Below are positions 60,373-64,000 of a DNA stretch of 64,000 bases, one piece after another (positions within the stretch are counted from its first letter, which is position 1; each line of letters opens with the position of its first letter). The translations under genes and the position numbers were made by a program. Under the pieces are notes generated by a model, which was not told where the DNA came from, did not search any database, and saw nothing but the letters and a program-made list of their open reading frames with translations. The DNA comes from Candidatus Scalinduaceae bacterium (GTDB taxonomy: Bacteria > Planctomycetota > Brocadiia > Brocadiales > Scalinduaceae): contig JBHICG010000010.1 in the NCBI GenBank assembly GCA_046759445.1, forward strand, positions 1 to 64,000, read 5' to 3'.

Positions 60373-61191
60373 TTAACAAGGTTCTTCCACCAACCCACCT
60401 ATCACTTCTTTAACAGTATGTTCATCCAGCGGTCTTTTTTCTTCAACAAAACCCGCTAAAAGTGCGGCATCACAGGCTATGTTAATAAGACGTGGTATCC
60501 CATTAGAATACAAGTATATTTCATTACAAGCAGGTTGTGTAAACACTGGAACGCCATTTGCGCCGGCAATTTTTAACCTATGATTTATATATTCCTCTGT
60601 ATCATCCTTGCTCAGGGGAGTTAAATGACAGGCTACCGATATCCTTTGCCTTAATTGTTTAAACCTTGGCAATAAAAAGATTTCTTTTAATTCAGGTTGA
60701 CCAACAAAAACTATTTGAAGGAGCTTTTGTTTATCAGTTTCTAAATTAGATAGCATGCGTATTTCTTCCAATACGGGCATCTCAATATTCTGTGATTCAT
60801 CAAAGATAACAACGACAGGATAATTTTGTTTTGATTGATCTACGAGAAAATTGTGGAATTTGCTTAATAACACCTCCTTTGAATCATTTGCTTCTAACTC
60901 TATTACCGAAAGATCGTGAAGCAACATTCTTAAAAGCTGCTCGAATGTTGCTTTTGGATTTACGATAAATGATGATTTGACCTTATTCTTATTTTTCGCC
61001 AAAATACTTTTCAATAGGGTCGTCTTACCACTGCCAATCTCACCCGTAAGTTGAATAATCCCTTTTCTTGACTCCAGGCCATACTTTAAGTATGCCATCG
61101 CCTTTTGATGAGCCTTGCTTAAAAACAGAAAATCAGGATCTGGTGTCAGATTAAATGGTATTTCCCTTAAACCGTAAAATTCTTTGTACAT
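60373..61191 (-). CDS. ExeA/GspA-like AAA ATPase (XrtA/PEP-CTERM system-associated type)
   Basis: MYKEFYGLREIPFNLTPDPDFLF, GEIGSGKTT, DESQN, LQIVFVGQPEL, GIPRLINIACD. Confidence 0.9.
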   Translation of the reverse strand: MYKEFYGLREIPFNLTPDPDFLFLSKAHQKAMAYLKYGLESRKGIIQLTGEIGSGKTTLLKSILAKNKNKVKSSFIVNPKATFEQLLRMLLHDLSVIELEANDSKEVLLSKFHNFLVDQSKQNYPVVVIFDESQNIEMPVLEEIRMLSNLETDKQKLLQIVFVGQPELKEIFLLPRFKQLRQRISVACHLTPLSKDDTEEYINHRLKIAGANGVPVFTQPACNEIYLYSNGIPRLINIACDAALLAGFVEEKRPLDEHTVKEVIGGLVEEPC

Positions 61192-61196
61192 AATAA

Positions 61197-62789
61197 TTAC
61201 TTCACCAATTTGATTACCTTTGTAACATTATCATTAACAACAACTTTAACAGGTTGTACAACAAAACTGACCACTATTGCAGTAATGACTAACACCGTCA
61301 GTATACTAGCCAGCACTAACCTCTTCTTAACCTTCCTTTTCCTATCCATTTTGGTTAAGATTGTAGGAATCATTCCTAACGCTGGAATCTGTAAGTATTG
61401 CTGAACCTCACCTATTGTTTTGAATCTTTGATCTATTCTTTCTAATCCAAGAACCAGCCCAATTCCAAGGCCAAGGCCAGTAATCAATCCCATACCCAAT
61501 ACCCTCATCTTATATACTTTTATGGGTTTATCAGATTTCCTAGCATGTTCAAGTATTTTGAATGGATCACCCCTTTTATCAAGAGATATGTTTTTCGCAA
61601 GTACGGCCTTTGACCTTTGTAAAACTCGCTGCTCATATATTTGTTTGTTAACGTCATAATCCTTTTGTAATTCATAAAATTCCTGATTATAACCTGGTAT
61701 GTCTTTAATCGATTCTTTAAGACTGGCCACCAAATTTTCGGCTTCTTCTCGACGGCTTTGCAATGATCTTAGTTGAAGCTGCAAATCGAATTCTCTTTCA
61801 ACCAAATTTTCATACCTAGGATTATATGCAATCATTCCTCCTTCGGTAACACCCTTCTCAACCTCCCTTTCTAAGGCTTCTTTTAACTGCTCAAGTTCTT
61901 TTTGCCTCAGTACAATGTCAGGGTGATCATCATAATACTTTACACTCAACATCTCGATTTCTATTTCTAGATGTATTATCTCATTATTTAGACTACTTAT
62001 TTTGGGAGTAATTATCTCGACTCCTTCAACTTCGCCTTCCTTTTCTTTACGCTCCTGAAAAAAACTAATCCGCTCATTTAATACCGCTATTTCTCTATTA
62101 ATATCAGTAATTTCGCTTTCAGCAGTAGACATTCTAGATAGCTTGCTGTTTTCACTTCCAGGAAGTTCATTAAGGTGTTCTCCCTCAAACTTACGAAGCT
62201 TTGCTTCAGATTCATCTAAAGTTCTTTTTAGTCTTTTTATATCTTCGTCTATAAAAGTCAAAGTTTCATCCGCCTCAGTCTGTGCTAATTTTTTATAGTG
62301 TACCATGAAGTTTGATACTAAACCTTCTACAATTCTAGAATTCATTTCAGGATTTGGTCCGATATAGGATACCGAAACTACATTCCTGCGCCTATTATCT
62401 AATGATAATGTTGTATTATTTACTATTGAGTTATACTTCCCCTCTAAGGCGCTCGTGTCATTTTCTGCCAACCCTTTATTGAGCCCTAATGTTCTGATAA
62501 CCTCAACCACATTTTCCCAACCCAGCATTCTTTCTTGAATAGTACGCAATATTTTCCGCGCATCACTTCTAGTACCACTTATATGATTACCACTCTGTGC
62601 CAATACATCCGCAAGAAGCTTAGACCTTTCTACATATAAAACGCATCTTGATTCATAAACGTCTCTTAGATTAATGGCATTATAAGTCGCACCAATGCTA
62701 AATATTATTGTTGGAATAATCCAAAACCACTTCCGCCTTAAAAGGGGTTTTATAAATATTTGCAGATCAAATGTTTTTTTTTCTTCCAT
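61197..62789 (-). CDS. Polysaccharide chain-length determinant (Wzz/GumC-like co-polymerase)
   Basis: N-terminal TM, long coiled coil, YYDDHPDIV, C-terminal TMs, LQIPALGMIP. Confidence 0.85.
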   Translation of the reverse strand: MEEKKTFDLQIFIKPLLRRKWFWIIPTIIFSIGATYNAINLRDVYESRCVLYVERSKLLADVLAQSGNHISGTRSDARKILRTIQERMLGWENVVEVIRTLGLNKGLAENDTSALEGKYNSIVNNTTLSLDNRRRNVVSVSYIGPNPEMNSRIVEGLVSNFMVHYKKLAQTEADETLTFIDEDIKRLKRTLDESEAKLRKFEGEHLNELPGSENSKLSRMSTAESEITDINREIAVLNERISFFQERKEKEGEVEGVEIITPKISSLNNEIIHLEIEIEMLSVKYYDDHPDIVLRQKELEQLKEALEREVEKGVTEGGMIAYNPRYENLVEREFDLQLQLRSLQSRREEAENLVASLKESIKDIPGYNQEFYELQKDYDVNKQIYEQRVLQRSKAVLAKNISLDKRGDPFKILEHARKSDKPIKVYKMRVLGMGLITGLGLGIGLVLGLERIDQRFKTIGEVQQYLQIPALGMIPTILTKMDRKRKVKKRLVLASILTVLVITAIVVSFVVQPVKVVVNDNVTKVIKLVK

Positions 62790-62903
62790 TAGTCTATTCC
62801 TCTATTTTAAATTATAATTATAAAGTATTCATCTCTTACAAGTGAAAATATTACAATAATTTCAGAAATCCTTTTTAAAGCAGCAATATTTAAAACTTGG
62901 ACC

Positions 62904-62921
62904 CCCCCCTGCTAAGGGGGG
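62904..62921. repeat. REP-like poly-C/poly-G hairpin
   Basis: CCCCCCT-GCTA-AGGGGGG; same style as 29916-29935. Confidence 0.55.
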
Positions 62922-63087
62922 CTACCTCCTCCCTGCAGGAAGGATTCCAATGCTTCTTTTCGTTTTAAGCCTTCATACCTCGAAGAATGAAAAACCCATT
63001 TTCTGATCAAATAAGCATACATGAAATCTTCGAAGAAACTAGTTTATCTTATTATCGTCACATATTACATATTCTTTAACATAATTA

Positions 63088-63894
63088 TCATCTACCGCCA
63101 CGCCCACCTCTGCCTCTTGCCTCAGTAGTTCCTATTCTCGTGCCACCAAACCCTAATGTATTATATTCTAAAGATGCCGCCGTACCACCTAGACGTTCTA
63201 TTGGTCGCACAGGGAATAAGAGATCTTGGAATGCAAAACCTATCCTTGCTAAAATTGTAGGAGGAATATATATTATATCATTTGCTTTAAGGACAATATT
63301 CTTTTCCGTCCTCCCTTTTTTAATAATATCATTTAGGTTTAAGACAAGTCTCTGTGGATTCTTAGCAGGATCACGTTCCGCACGTATAACAGTTATCTTT
63401 TTTTCATTAGATGTGCTTGTTAATAAACCTGTCTGGGTAATAGCGTCAAGCACTGTAAGTTCACCCGAAAAAGGAACTGTTACCATGCCAAGTCCATAGC
63501 TATTCACATAAACCTTCTTACTATGGAATCCGAGTATCTGAACAGATATTGACTCCTCTGGAAGTCCTTTGAGATATCTACCTAACAATGCGTGTACCTT
63601 GCTTCGAACTTCTAATGGAGTCAATCCTTCAACATAAACATCGCCTACAAGCGGAATAAAGGTATTTCCATCAGGCCTTATAATAGACCTTGTAGTTAGC
63701 TCTGGATTATCACTTACAACAACTTCGATCACATCTGGAGGTGCAACTGTGTATTTCCCATTTAACATCTCTAATCTATTCTCACTATCATATGAAGCCT
63801 GATACAAATCGGTTGAAAGCTTATCAAATGATGTACATCCTGCATGTAAAAAAATACCCATAAGTGATAAAAGTAAAAATATTTTCTTAATCAT
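63088..63894 (-). CDS. Polysaccharide export lipoprotein (Wza/Poly_export + SLBB)
   Basis: AAGGAGG RBS before ATG 63894; lipobox LHAGC; YTVAPPDVI, IRPDGNTFIPLVGDVYVEGLT, NIVLKANDIIYIP. Confidence 0.88.
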   Translation of the reverse strand: MIKKIFLLLSLMGIFLHAGCTSFDKLSTDLYQASYDSENRLEMLNGKYTVAPPDVIEVVVSDNPELTTRSIIRPDGNTFIPLVGDVYVEGLTPLEVRSKVHALLGRYLKGLPEESISVQILGFHSKKVYVNSYGLGMVTVPFSGELTVLDAITQTGLLTSTSNEKKITVIRAERDPAKNPQRLVLNLNDIIKKGRTEKNIVLKANDIIYIPPTILARIGFAFQDLLFPVRPIERLGGTAASLEYNTLGFGGTRIGTTEARGRGGRGGR

Positions 63895-64000
63895 GGTTTT
63901 CCTCCTTAAAAAATTATGAAAATTTAATTTAAAATGGTTCCACATTGGTGCAAAGTTTACCATGATTAAAATATTTTTACTAATATATTTTGACAAATTC

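Noticed and set aside
778..63499. Numerous 60-140 aa ORFs antisense to or nested within the long genes
   Set aside because: Shadow ORFs of well-supported CDSs with no independent motifs
63940..63970. TGGTAAACTTTGCA upstream of the Wza-like gene as a sigma-54 promoter
   Set aside because: GG-to-GC spacing is 8, not the required 10

Overview
AT-rich (roughly 35% GC by eye) 64-kb segment that is almost entirely one surface/exo-polysaccharide biosynthesis and tailoring supercluster. All genes are on the minus strand except one PilZ gene. It encodes export/polymerisation (Wza-like lipoprotein, Wzz-like, ExeA-like ATPase, Wzc-type kinase, Wzx, Wzy/ligase), nucleotide-sugar enzymes (Ugd, Gmd, Uxs, WecB), GT2/GT4/GT39-like transferases and many tailoring enzymes (3 AsnB-type amidotransferases, 5 SAM methyltransferase domains, carbamoyltransferase, deacetylases). 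Several families resemble those accompanying exosortase A/PEP-CTERM systems, but no exosortase or PEP-CTERM protein is visible here. Two things stand out. (1) A three-copy 350-500 bp non-coding cassette (19.6, 35.2, 56.6 kb) splits the cluster into ~15-20 kb transcription units; each copy has TGT-N12-ACA enhancer-like sites, an IHF-like site, a sigma-54 -24/-12 promoter and a transcribed hairpin+GGGCRGAGC (JUMPStart/ops-like) leader. (2) A class II DAHP synthase / chorismate lyase / ACP / AMP-ligase / twin alpha-beta-hydrolase module may make and transfer a hydroxybenzoyl group onto the glycan. There are also several pseudogenes and REP/IS-end-like palindromes. The intergenic palindrome style is reminiscent of anammox Brocadiales or Desulfobacterota, but this is an unverified impression. 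All product calls come from motif recognition by eye, not database searches.
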